Both the position numbers and the translations under genes were made by a program. The notes beneath the pieces were generated by a model, which saw nothing but the letters and a program-made list of their open reading frames with translations, made no database searches and was not told the origin of the DNA. From NCBI RefSeq assembly GCF_036588685.1, contig NC_086373.1:6014001-6078000 (forward strand): a DNA stretch of 64,000 nucleotides. Direction: 5' to 3'. The DNA comes from Mytilus trossulus. Its lineage: Eukaryota. The first letter of the stretch is position 1. Each line of letters starts with the position of its first letter. Below, piece by piece: positions 25,063 to 36,607 of the stretch.

Positions 25063-25800
25063 ATGTCAGAGGCTAAGCTTGTTAAATACCTACAGAAAGT
25101 TAAACACGAACCGCCTACTGGAAGACGAAAAAGAATACCCGTTATCCTATCAGACAGCAAAGGATTCTCCCTGCGAAATAACATTGTAGAACAGTTTGAC
25201 AATAATATTGTATGGTGGTGTAAGAAATCAGTCAAAGTTGAACAAAGTTATAGCTGGCTAAAAAGAATATTGCCAACAAAATTATATCAGCTTGGAGATA
25301 TTGCCCTCTACATCTGGCTAGGTACATGCAACCTTACTACAAAAACTCCAGACTCAAAATATATAAACCTTACATCAGAAGAAATAAGCTCCATTGAACA
25401 TTTAACAAAACATCTGGAAAACTTCAAAAAACTTATTGCTGAATATCCACAGGTTAAACTTACATTTCTAGAAATTCCAGTATATTCGATCAAGGCCTAC
25501 AACCAACATCAAGGACATACTGAACCCCTTATATTTAGAGATCAAGACAAAGCATTAGCAGAGCAAATACATATTGTTAACCAAGAGATTCGAAATCTAA
25601 ACCAGTCAATAAATACACACTCTCCAGATTTCTCAGTATTTTTAAAAGCCAGATCACAACACCGCACTCGGTCACATAGAGATACTTGGGAATACTTTAA
25701 CTTCAACCTTTATAGAGACGGCATCCACCCTAGCCAACATCTAGCCCAAGTCTGGCTACGAGAAATTGCAAAACGTATCAAAATTGATTGCTGGGAATAG
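25063..25800 (+). CDS. ORF0: SGNH/GDSL esterase-like protein, 245 aa
   Basis: Block I ILSDSKG, block III WLGTCNL and block V DGIHP in the expected order and spacing. Confidence 0.8.
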   Translation: MSEAKLVKYLQKVKHEPPTGRRKRIPVILSDSKGFSLRNNIVEQFDNNIVWWCKKSVKVEQSYSWLKRILPTKLYQLGDIALYIWLGTCNLTTKTPDSKYINLTSEEISSIEHLTKHLENFKKLIAEYPQVKLTFLEIPVYSIKAYNQHQGHTEPLIFRDQDKALAEQIHIVNQEIRNLNQSINTHSPDFSVFLKARSQHRTRSHRDTWEYFNFNLYRDGIHPSQHLAQVWLREIAKRIKIDCWE

Positions 25801-26101
25801 GAATAACTTGAAAACTCCATTGATAAATAGTTGCTGCTGTGGTCTGCATGGAATGCCAAGCTAACCTACACAGCAACTAGCTATTCAACAACAAATTACA
25901 AGTGTCAACCTAAATCATTATTGATATCAGCTTATTCAAGCCATCTACCTAACACCACCAATACCTATTACAACAACCGCTTACACTCGAATATTTATAT
26001 TATACTAAATTATATGTGCAGTCTGCCTGGAATGCCAAGCTAACTAGCACAATAATTAAAAACAGTATACTAATATAATAGCAGGCGAATCCATTTCAAG
26101 C

Positions 26102-28399
26102 ATGGAAATAAATAAGGTAGCGAGACCGTCAAGATTAAGAAACCCTCCAGTGATATACACGCCAAGTAGTATATACCAAGGAAAATCACAGCAAATGTCG
26201 TACAACTTAAATGCAAGAAAAGCGCTAGATAAGAAAATGGACGCTGCTGAAAGGGAACTGGAAATAGAAATAACATTGAAAGCTGGAACCTTAGTCATCA
26301 CTTGTAATGCAGGGACATATGAAGCACTCAAACATGCCATATACAAATACTATAGCGAATCCAAAGAGCTAAGTTACAAACTACATACAAAAACAAGTAA
26401 GGCCAATATAGGCAGCTCTAGCAATCAAATCATGACTGTTGAAGAGTCGTTATCAATCAAGTTTAAGAACACAGCTAAATCCAAACGACAACTATACCGT
26501 ATCAACATGTTCAACACAACATGCAAAATAGATGCTAATGGGTATATGCTACAGGACTTTATTTCCAAAGACTTGCTCAACATCTGTGAGGACTTCAAAG
26601 CTGACAAATCCTACAAGAATATAAACATGCAAATCAAGAACATCTGTTTAAGTGCTAAAGAGCAGTTAGATAAAGCAAATGGTCTAAGCAACAGTGGAAA
26701 AACTGTAGACAAAGGGACAATCAAACCAGCTGATACTGCAGTACATACTTCAACAACATGTGAGATCAACCCAAACCAATACAATCTGCTCAAAAATAGA
26801 CCAAACCATAATGACAACACATTACAGCAGATGGCAATAGAAGAAATATCTACATGCTCAAGGGAAGGAGAAGAACCTACTAATCAAAAAATACAGAATG
26901 ACAAAATCCTAGCAATTGATGAGAGCCGAGAAACCTCTAAGACCGAGGAAAACAGTGAATGCCAAGGATGTGAACAACCGATATCAAATACATCAGCAAT
27001 TGAGTGTTCAGCATGCAAACTCTGGTTTCACACTTCATGTGAAGGGCTAACTGAATATCACATGGAAAACCACATATATGACTCATTTACATGCTCCTAT
27101 TGCAAAACAATAGATCTAACAATACCATTTGAAGATAGACCATACCAAGAAGAGACTCTACCAAAGCAAATTATGAACAGCACTCATATAGAAGTCTCAA
27201 ATGAACAACTAAATTTAACTACCCCCCAAACCAACATTCATAAAGAAAACAAACTAGAAGGAGGGGTAACCAACAGATCTGAACACCAGGAAGATGAAGT
27301 ACCAACAGCTCCACAGATCTCTAGAAACTCTGAACAAAGCAATACGGCTCCTCTAATTTATGATGCAAAAACTAAACCAAAAAGAGCCAAGAAAAGAGAT
27401 ACAGAGCAAATCATAGAGCTACAACTTGCTGAAAGTAAAGCAAAAATCTCAAACTTGGAAGAGCTAAACAAAGAATATAGGACCACCATCGATATGCTAT
27501 CAGTCAAGCTAGGCATACCTTCGTCTGTGGGATATAGCAATTCACATCCAACAATGACACATGCTACTAGTATCAGTGCGCTAGAATCCAAAATGGAACA
27601 TCAAATTGAAAAACTAAGGATGGATTTCCAACATCAAATGCAGATTATGAGTCTTGAACTCAGACATACTTCAGAAATTAATGAACTGAAATTGAAACTC
27701 CAGTTAAAGGAGACAGAATGCAACAATATTATGCAAAACTCAAGTCTTGGAACAAACAGCAATACTTACACAATACCAAGTAATAACTGGTATGGATTTT
27801 CAATGCGCAATACTCAACAAACAAATCCACCACCAAATTGGTATGGAATGCCAGGACATAATACTCATGCTACTTATCAGCCAACTCCACCGCCAGTATA
27901 TCAACATATGAGACCACAAGTAGTCATCAACCCGTATGGTAGACAGCCTTACCAAACCATGCCAGCCACAAATCTCCAACACCCTTCAATACCATCATTT
28001 ATCCAGAGGTCACATCATCCTCAACATACAGGGAATAGTCATATACATAATCAAAGGCACAGGGCAATGCATGAACAAATACCAACACAAATGAACAACA
28101 AGGGTACAAAACAACAGCAGAAGGTCATCAACACGCTAGAAAAACCACTGCAAGAACAAAGAAAGGTACAAGATAAACCTCCCTATAAACCAACTCAAAC
28201 AGATAACTCAACAGATATTGGCATCCCTACAACGGCTAATGAACCAAACCACCAGCACTCTACAACTACCATCAATAGAGAAAAACAAAAAGAGAAGCAA
28301 ACCCAGGAGACAAATAAACACTCTACTGAACAGCATTTTTTAGGGGTAGACAGAGCCTCAACAGTGGACTGGCTAACCAAAACGCCAACATCACAATAG
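26102..28399 (+). CDS. ORF1: PHD-finger / coiled-coil retrotransposon protein, 765 aa
   Basis: C4HC3 PHD finger CQGC...IECSACKLWFHTSC...FTCSYC; heptad-like coiled-coil segments; Q/P/H/N-rich low-complexity C-terminus. Confidence 0.85.
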   Translation: MEINKVARPSRLRNPPVIYTPSSIYQGKSQQMSYNLNARKALDKKMDAAERELEIEITLKAGTLVITCNAGTYEALKHAIYKYYSESKELSYKLHTKTSKANIGSSSNQIMTVEESLSIKFKNTAKSKRQLYRINMFNTTCKIDANGYMLQDFISKDLLNICEDFKADKSYKNINMQIKNICLSAKEQLDKANGLSNSGKTVDKGTIKPADTAVHTSTTCEINPNQYNLLKNRPNHNDNTLQQMAIEEISTCSREGEEPTNQKIQNDKILAIDESRETSKTEENSECQGCEQPISNTSAIECSACKLWFHTSCEGLTEYHMENHIYDSFTCSYCKTIDLTIPFEDRPYQEETLPKQIMNSTHIEVSNEQLNLTTPQTNIHKENKLEGGVTNRSEHQEDEVPTAPQISRNSEQSNTAPLIYDAKTKPKRAKKRDTEQIIELQLAESKAKISNLEELNKEYRTTIDMLSVKLGIPSSVGYSNSHPTMTHATSISALESKMEHQIEKLRMDFQHQMQIMSLELRHTSEINELKLKLQLKETECNNIMQNSSLGTNSNTYTIPSNNWYGFSMRNTQQTNPPPNWYGMPGHNTHATYQPTPPPVYQHMRPQVVINPYGRQPYQTMPATNLQHPSIPSFIQRSHHPQHTGNSHIHNQRHRAMHEQIPTQMNNKGTKQQQKVINTLEKPLQEQRKVQDKPPYKPTQTDNSTDIGIPTTANEPNHQHSTTTINREKQKEKQTQETNKHSTEQHFLGVDRASTVDWLTKTPTSQ

Positions 28400-31300
28400 G
28401 AACTCTAAACATCCAGAATATAAAAGGCAACTCCATTTACCTACAAACTATTTTGAAATCAATAGATATACTCTGTATCCAAGAACACTGGATCCTATCA
28501 CTGGAAAAGAATATCATAAAATATATCAACAAAGACTTTATATCTTACGTCAAATCCGTTGATGATGAAGATCCCATAATAGACCATAAAACAATCAGAG
28601 GGTATGGAGGAACAGCAATTTTTTGGAATAAAGATCTAGAGAAATCAATAAATATAATGCCTGATGGTAACAACCGCATCCAAGTAATCACAATCAACAG
28701 CAGTCCACTGAAAACATGTCTAGTCAATGCCTATATGCCATCCTTACAAGTAGCAGGAGATCTTGACTATAAAGACACATTAGATCAGATCTCAGAAATA
28801 ATAGAAAAATACAAAGACTCTTACCAGACAATTATTTGTGGGGACATGAATGCTTCATTACACAGAGATAACAGAAGACGTGACCAAAATTTAAAGGAGT
28901 TCATGAGCAACAACAATCTATCTTTAGCCAACAGATATCCAAAGGCTCCAACATTTTTCCATCACAATGGGAAGTACACCTCCCAAATAGACTACATAAT
29001 GTTCCCCGAAACTACAACTGGGATACTAAACTCCAATATAGTCATAGAGGACAGACATCCTACGAACACCTCAGATCGTGACGGCTAATATACCCATGAA
29101 GATCGACAAAACCTCAACTCAACTAGTCAAAATCTACACTAGACCAAATTGGGCAAAATGTGATAAGAACATATACACATCAACGTTAAAACAAGAGCTG
29201 GAATGCGAAAGCCGAGGAAAAGAAAGTAGTGTGGAGGAACGTATCAAACTTCTTGAAAAATCAATTCACAAGGCAGGAAAAAAATCCATACCCAAATATA
29301 GACAACTCAAAAGTCTAAAAACAGTAGGCAAGGGTATTTGGAACAGAAAAATAAGCGAAGCATCTAGAGACTCAAAGAATGCCCACACTGTATGGAAAAG
29401 GAAAATGAATAGTCATCAAAATGCTGACATGGAAAAAATCAATCTGACTATCAAAAAGCGAAAATTAAGGCAGCTACAAAGACAAGCCTACGCCTCCAAG
29501 AAAGAAAAAATTATCAACGATATCATGCAAGCCTCCCAGAAAGACAGCAAAACCTTTCATAAACTTGTGAAACAACAAAGATCTAAACATGATACCAACA
29601 CAGATATACTATATATTGGAAACAAAGCGTTCGAAGGAGAAAAGATTCTATCAGCCTGGCAAACACATTTTGAAACACTGGGAACACCAAACTTTGACGA
29701 AAATATTTTTGACCTGGAGCGTTTAGAATTATCAAAATTACAAAATAACATCATACCGGAATTGGACATTCAAAAAGAAGAAATAACAAAAGCTACACCA
29801 ACAGAAATTGAATCTGCAATTAGAAAATTAAATACAGGAAAAGCTTCCGATGAGAACGGCATCGTATCGGAACACTACATACATGCCATTGATGTAATCA
29901 CTGATGAAATAACTGACATTATAAATCAAATTTTTGAAGAATTAGACGTACCTCAGAGTCTAAAAAATGGAATTTTGACACCTGTTTTGAAAAAGAAAAA
30001 AGATAAAACTATACCTGGAAACTACAGAGGTATTGTTGTCACTAGTATATTCTCCAAGATATTCGAAACAATCATAAAAGACAGACTAGAACCTGAGCTA
30101 TTTCCATCACAAAATAATCTACAGAGGGGATTCACAGAAGGCGCATCAAGCCTATTTACAGCTTTTATAGTCTCTGAAACAACTATGCTATACAAGTTCC
30201 TAAAGATTGTACTAGAGCTATTAACATTAGACGCAGAAAAAGCTTTTGACACTGTTACCCATGAAATAATGCTGAACAAAATGTTCCATGATGGGATTAG
30301 AGGAGATATGTGGGTATTACTGAAAAACATCTATACCAATATGACACTGCAAGTTAAATGGGGAGACCAAACAACCCAACATGTCAACATACAACAAGGA
30401 ATACGTCAAGGAGCTAAACTATCTACTCTCCTGTACAAAAGGTATAACAACACTATCCTAAATGCAATCACAGGCAGTCACCTTGGAGCAAAGATTGGTA
30501 CCATCTGCGTAGCCTCACCAACCTGTGCGGACGACATCGCATTACTAGGGGAACCGCATGATATACAAGCAATGCTCAATATTATTGAATTCCATACAAA
30601 GAGAGACATGGTGAAAATAAACCCAGAAAAATCAGAAGTCCTATGCACATCTAAAGGAAAGAATTACCAACAAAAAGCATACACCCTTGGTGAAAAACAA
30701 ATCAACAGAGTAGACAAGCTAAAACATCTTGGTATTACAAGGAACGTCAAAAGCAAAGTAAACACAGATGAAAGGCTAAAAACTGGTAGACAAACCATAT
30801 ATGCACTTCTAGGATCTGGCCTACATGCACGTACAGGAATGTGCCCGTTAGTACTCTACAAAATCTGGAAAACATATGTAGTCCCAAGATATCTCTATGG
30901 TCTGGAAGTACAAATCTGCACAAAAGCTGATATATATGAGCTGGAAAAACTACAGAGGAAAATATTTAGACAATTTCTCAGTCTACCTGAAAGGACTGCA
31001 TCCTCTGCCCTATATATTCTCCTAGGAGCTGAACCAGTTGAAACTGTACTAGACAGAAATATGCTTTCGTTATTCCTTACAATCTCTCGGCTAGATAATG
31101 CAATAGAAAAGAAAATCCTAAAATGGGAACTTGAAATCGGAAAAGACTTCACAGAATCCTTCATAAACAGAATAGACAAAATTTTAAATAAATACAGTCT
31201 GCCAAATCCAAAAGAAATTTTAGAAAACCCGCCATCAAAATACAAATGGAAAAACATGCTGAAAAAAGCCATAAATACATACTGGTCAAATATCTGGAAA

Positions 31301-31801
31301 GAGGAATGCTTGATAAAAACAACGATTAAGTACTTGACAATCCAGGAAAATCCTACTGAAAACCCACATAATATCTGGAAAGCTGCCAGAAACAATCAGA
31401 ATGACATTCGAAAAGCAGAATTCAAAAGTAGACTAATAACTGGAACCTACATGCTACAAACAACTAAAGCAAAATTTAGCAAAAATCAAATTTCAGGAAT
31501 ATGTGAGCTATGTACCAAAGCTGAGGAGGACATTAAGCACTTTCTGCTGGATTGTGAGTCTCTGGAGAGTGTTCGTCTAAAACAGATGAACAAACTTTTA
31601 TCTCTAACCGAGTTGAAAGGGGGAGGTGATAAAGCTATTTATAAAGAGGAGGATGTACTTCAAATTATAATGGACTGCTCGAAGCTATCAACAACTAGCC
31701 TATCCCACCTAAAAGCAATTGACCTGATAGAAATAGAAAAACAATCTCAAACTTTCTGTCACCAAATGCATAAGGAGCGCACCAAAATACAAACACGATG
31801 A
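28330..31801 (+). pseudogene. ORF2: apurinic-type endonuclease + reverse transcriptase + C-terminal CCHC, broken by one frameshift at ~29078
   Basis: APE motifs TLNIQNIK, LCIQEHW, ICGDMNA, SQIDYI, TSD. RT motifs NYRGI, LDAEKAFD, GIRQG, CADD, KHLG. C-terminal CELC...HFLLDC. The APE frame is open from 28330, upstream of the annotated TTG start at 28453. Confidence 0.92.
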
Positions 31802-33533
31802 TACATGAAGTAGAGGCTGAAGTGAAACCGCTGAATCATCCAAGTACTTTTCTTCAAGACCCTCAGCAAAGTGAATTTACATTTAAACAACAACACTGTT
31901 ATTGTATCCAGCTATATAAACTGCATATATATATATACAAAACGGAAAGATGGACCAAGCAGTCTGCATGGAATGCCAAGCTAACTGCCCCCATCTACGA
32001 CTAGATTAGCTGCTTACATCTAATTATATGCTAAGACCTTGGCAGAAGTTCACCTTTTACTTAAATTTTACGATATATACGAAAGTTTTCAGTTTTTTGT
32101 TCTTTTACTAGCTAAAGATATTTTTTTATTTTTTAATTGGTTACCTTATCTATTAAAAGCAATTACCATACTGCCATATTTTTAATCCCATTTATATTCT
32201 TTTTTGTTTGAACTACTTATTTTTACCTTTTACCCTTTGATTTTATCATTTTTCTGTCACATTTAAATCTTTTAATTCCTTAAACATATGATAGTAACGT
32301 CTCATAAAAAGGGATCAAAACTGTTTTTAAAAATCATAAACTCTAACCTAGGTAGAATCATAAATGATGTAAATAGCACATAATTTTAAACTATTGTTCT
32401 TAAAATTTACAGTTTTACCTGTATATAAGGTTTTTTAAAACTTAAGCACCACACCTCACTGTAAATATCTGTAAATATTTTAAAACCATATATCCCCAAG
32501 TGGGAGTGCTCCGATATATAACGGAGGAATATACCTGAACAGAACAGAACAGAAACCCTGGGAATAATTCAAACAAATAAGATTTACAGAATTGTGATAT
32601 GGAGAAAGTAAAGATATAAATGAATATCGTAAATGTTTTATAAACTATCCGATGGGACACGTATCTTAGAACTGCAACACCAGCTATAAACAATTAATTG
32701 ATTGTTAACAATTTGTCAAAAATATTCAATAAAAAAATAACTTCGGGTACTCGCTATCATGAAATTTCAAAAGTACACATCTCGAGCTTATGAGTGCATA
32801 TAACTATCCCAAGTATAGGAGCCAGAAGGTCTGGTACTTAGAAATATTTCAAACACTAGTCAGCAAGAATTGACGAGTTAAAATATTATGATATATTTTA
32901 AAGGTGAGCAAAACAAACAGACATGCTAGGTAAAAATGTTAAAAATTGGAGTATAAGTGTCAACAGCTTAGGCAATCTAATACTGGAGTAAAGAATCGAC
33001 AGATTGCAACAGAGTAGCATTATAACAGACTCAAGTTAGGAGCCGGTAATTCAGTGGTTGTCGTTTATTCTAACATGACGTCCTTCAAACGCTTTGAGTA
33101 CACACCCGTGGTAAAATATGAATATATTGCATTGGCTGTTCCGATCGTACTCCCACGTCATATGGTTTTTTTCTGAATGAAGTACCCGACGTCATAGAAT
33201 GATGACGTTATAATTTAAGCATTTTACGGGAAAATACACGCTTTTAATACCGAAAATCATCACAACAAGGAAACGTAAACAAATGATGCTAAAATGTGGT
33301 ATAAGCCAATTTTTTATATACATAGAAGACATATAAGAAAATTATCATTGAAATTCATCCAAATCTATCTAAATAAGTTTTGTGAATAGTTTTAGCTTGT
33401 CACTTATTCTGTTTGTTCCGTTCTTTTACGGCAATCTAAAAGTGCGTTAATTTATGGGAACGGCAAATAATGGCCTCCACCTAGAGCGCTTCGATCCAAA
33501 ACAATTGGCGTATTTGTTCTATTAGAATCGAAA

Positions 33534-33684
33534 TAATTCATGGGGGCTTGAATATATCTAGATTTTACCACGGGTTGTCCCTTTATGCCGATATTTTACC
33601 CCTCGCTATCGCTCAGGGTAAAATATTTGTCATAAAGGGCCAACCCGTGGTAAAATCACGATATATTCAAGCCCCCATGAATTA
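33534..33684. repeat. ~150-bp near-perfect fold-back hairpin
   Basis: TAATTCATGGGGGCTTGAATATATC...TTTTACCACGGGTTG pairs with CAACCCGTGGTAAAA...GATATATTCAAGCCCCCATGAATTA. Confidence 0.88.
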
Positions 33685-34579
33685 TTTCTTAAATTACTGC
33701 TGTCACGTGTACATACTTGTGTTTCGTTTAATATTTTGTACGTGTTACTGTAATAGGCCGTTAGTTTTTTTCGATGGAATTGTTTTAAGTTTGTAATTTC
33801 GGAAACTTTTATAACTGATTATGTGGTATAGGCTTTGTTCACTGTTGAAGCCTATAGAATACGGTGACCGATAGTTGTCAATTTCTGTGTCGTTAGTATA
33901 GGTCTCTTGCCAGGAGGTGTCTTATTTGTTTTTTTTGTTTTATGTATTAAGAGAGATAACTCTAATTTAATCTAAAGTAGGACTTTCCACTAACTCGCCC
34001 TGATCCCATAAAGTCCCCGTTTTTCATCAAATTGCGTTCCTTTGAAAATGGCTTACAACAATTTTTTTCACTTCTTAAAATAAGTTTATTTCTGAAAAAA
34101 CAAGATCCTGCAATCAATGCCAACAAAATAAATATAATGTAGAATATTTTATGCACATATCTTATAGAAATTTGGATACCCAAAGAAGCCTGCATTGTTA
34201 ATCAGAACGGTATCTAATATATAAGAACAGGTTGAATTTTGCAACCACCTTAGCACACACAAGCTTATTTTCTCTGTATGTGTCAAACCATTTTGGATTT
34301 TTCTTTATCCCTAATACTCTTTAACTACGAACTAAATCTTTTTTGAGGGTCACTAATAAGTCTTTTGAAAATAGAACGTGAGTCTGGCATACGAAGTTAT
34401 TGCTAATCATTTGAGCAAATTTTGGGATTACAAATTTTTACGTTTAAGCGCAGCTTTTGATTACATTTGCGAGCATCGATTTTATAGGTAAAACATGCAA
34501 ATTAACCTTGAATTTGTTGTCAGCAACTGCGAATTCTCTCAGAACTGTACTAAATGTCTCTTTTTTTGGAAAAGGGGAG

Positions 34580-35165
34580 AGGGTGTTCAAGTTCGCTGCC
34601 ACGTCCACTTTGTGTTTTCTTTAAATGTATTTTTATTTGCATCTATATGATGATTTAATGATATCCATTTCAGCTGATGTTTTTAACTCTGTTCTTATGT
34701 TGAACTGTTACATCACTGTCCCCGGTTAGATGATGGTTGAGCGCTCACAAACATGTTTAACACCGCCACATTCTTAACTGTGCAATTCCCAAGTCAGGAG
34801 CCTGGAGTTGATTTCACAAAAAAGCTTACGAAAATTGATAGTAAGTTATGAACAATTCAGTATAATTACGATACATCTTAGTCATAAGTTTTTTTTGTAA
34901 AACTGACTCCTGTTATTTAGTGGTTGCCGTTGGTTCAGGTCTGTCATATTTTATCTTCGTAAACTATTTAGTTATGAATCAGGTCGTTAGTTTTTTTTAA
35001 TTGTTTCATATTTTGTCATTTGTCGGTGCCTTTTATAGCCGACCACATGGTAAGTTTTTTTTCTCATTGTTGAAGGTCGCACAGTTGCCGTTAATTGTTT
35101 ACATCCACTTTAATTTTAACTTTGGTGGATAGTTGTCTCATTGGCAATCATACCACATCTCCTTC
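34580..35165 (+). repeat. Interspersed repeat ending ...AGTTGTCTCATTGGCAATCATACCACATCT; shorter copies at ~3452-3570 (-), ~22130-22310, ~33800-33905, ~57215-57330, ~59835-59905 (-)
   Basis: Shared 3' motif in several copies; SINE-like 5'-truncation pattern. Confidence 0.7.
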
Positions 35166-36607
35166 GTTTGATAAAATAAAGATAATTCATTAGAAATAAG
35201 ACTATCATGAATTTATCATGAATTTTAATTCAATCTCTGAAATATTCAGATTTATACTTCTTCTCTAGTAGTCAACGGAAAAGTTTGTTTTTAATTTTCA
35301 AAAGATTGTCCACACATCTATTTTCGGTCTGCTCTGCCATTTACAAATAAACACGGGATCAACATTTTCGAAATAAATAAATGCTGAATGTTTCAGAACA
35401 AAATAATAAATTAAAAATCATATCAAACAATGCTTTTCTATATAGAGTGGAACCAGTTTCTGTATTAGAATGCTCTGTGCAAATTAATACATTCTAAATA
35501 CAAATTTACTTGTTCAATTTGTTTATTTTTCTGGTGTGGTAATGAGTTAGTTTACATCTGTACAAGTAACATGTATATCTTTATTCTCACAAACCAAATT
35601 ACAAAGTTAAAGAGAAAATTATACATGTACAAGTAGAAAATTCTTCCGAAAGCACAGACAATTCCACTCGTGTCGAATACAGGTAGTTATACATAAGAAA
35701 TATTGAATCTTCCGAATCATAAGTTTTCCAATTAATTTTTGTTGGTGTTCCGGCCTCGGAACTAATTTGGTGAAATAATTTTTGATTCTTCATCTGTGTA
35801 CACTTATTATCTTTTTTTAGGTGCAAAATTTTTAAGTAAAACTATTTCATACAATAATTTCTACTTTATTCCAATCCAATTTTTTTAATCCTGACCCTTT
35901 TTCGTGAAATTTTGAATCTTTGATTGAATTTTTCTATTTTTTTTCGATGTCCCCTAAAATTATAAGGTAATGGTTTCTATCACACTGCGTGGCCACATTC
36001 TGTCTCAAAGCTTCTGATTTTTACTTATTTTTTTCTATACACAATATTTTTCACTCACTAGTATTTACGAATTTTGAAATAAATGAAATCATCCTATGAA
36101 CAGAAACATTTATTTTAAAAGTATCAATCATAGCTATACGTTATATAAAGTGAAGAAACTATACAGACATAAAAAGAGAAAAATAAAAAAAATCCCGCCC
36201 AAATCATTTCACGACTCATTAAAGAATGATTTTTGGGATAGAATTACTGTTCCAAATGTGCTTGTACAAAAGATCTTTATCGACTGCTTAATTCATGCAC
36301 TCACAAATCTTCAAGCATAATGTTACCTAGCAGAATAGCCGTATTTTCCAAACATTGCTTATTTCTAACGAAAAGTTTTGTAATCTAAAAACAGAAATAT
36401 CAGTTAGAAGAGTCGTATATTAAAAATAAATGGATCATTTTAAAACACAGTACGGACATTTTTTTCTTATTTTCGAAATTCTGGAAAACTGCCAAAGGTT
36501 ATTACCTATGTATGTGGTTAGCTCACGGGCATAGCGTGGTCACTGTTCTCTATCAATCAGTCACTCATTATATCATATTTAAAGGCTACTCAATCGAGTA
36601 AATAAAT

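Larger units (their letters stand above)
24611..32553 (+). mobile_element. Near full-length three-ORF non-LTR retrotransposon (APE-RT type; RTEX/CR1/L2-like cargo of esterase and PHD)
   Basis: AAGATGGCG (YY1-type motif) at the putative 5' end; ORF0 esterase; ORF1 PHD; ORF2 APE+RT+CCHC; A-rich sense strand; 3' stem-loop CTCCG-ATATATAA-CGGAG (32509-32526) followed by an (AACAG)3 tail. No TSD found, so the ends are approximate. Confidence 0.88.

Noticed and set aside
28453-29088. Endonuclease as an independent 211-aa gene starting at TTG
   Set aside because: The frame is open from 28330, the conserved first APE strand lies upstream of this TTG, and the 3' break truncates the SDH motif.
25844-31983. 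The repeated 20-nt motif as LTRs or target-site duplications
   Set aside because: Three copies, internal to the element, too short for LTRs, and flanked by unrelated self-complementary sequence.
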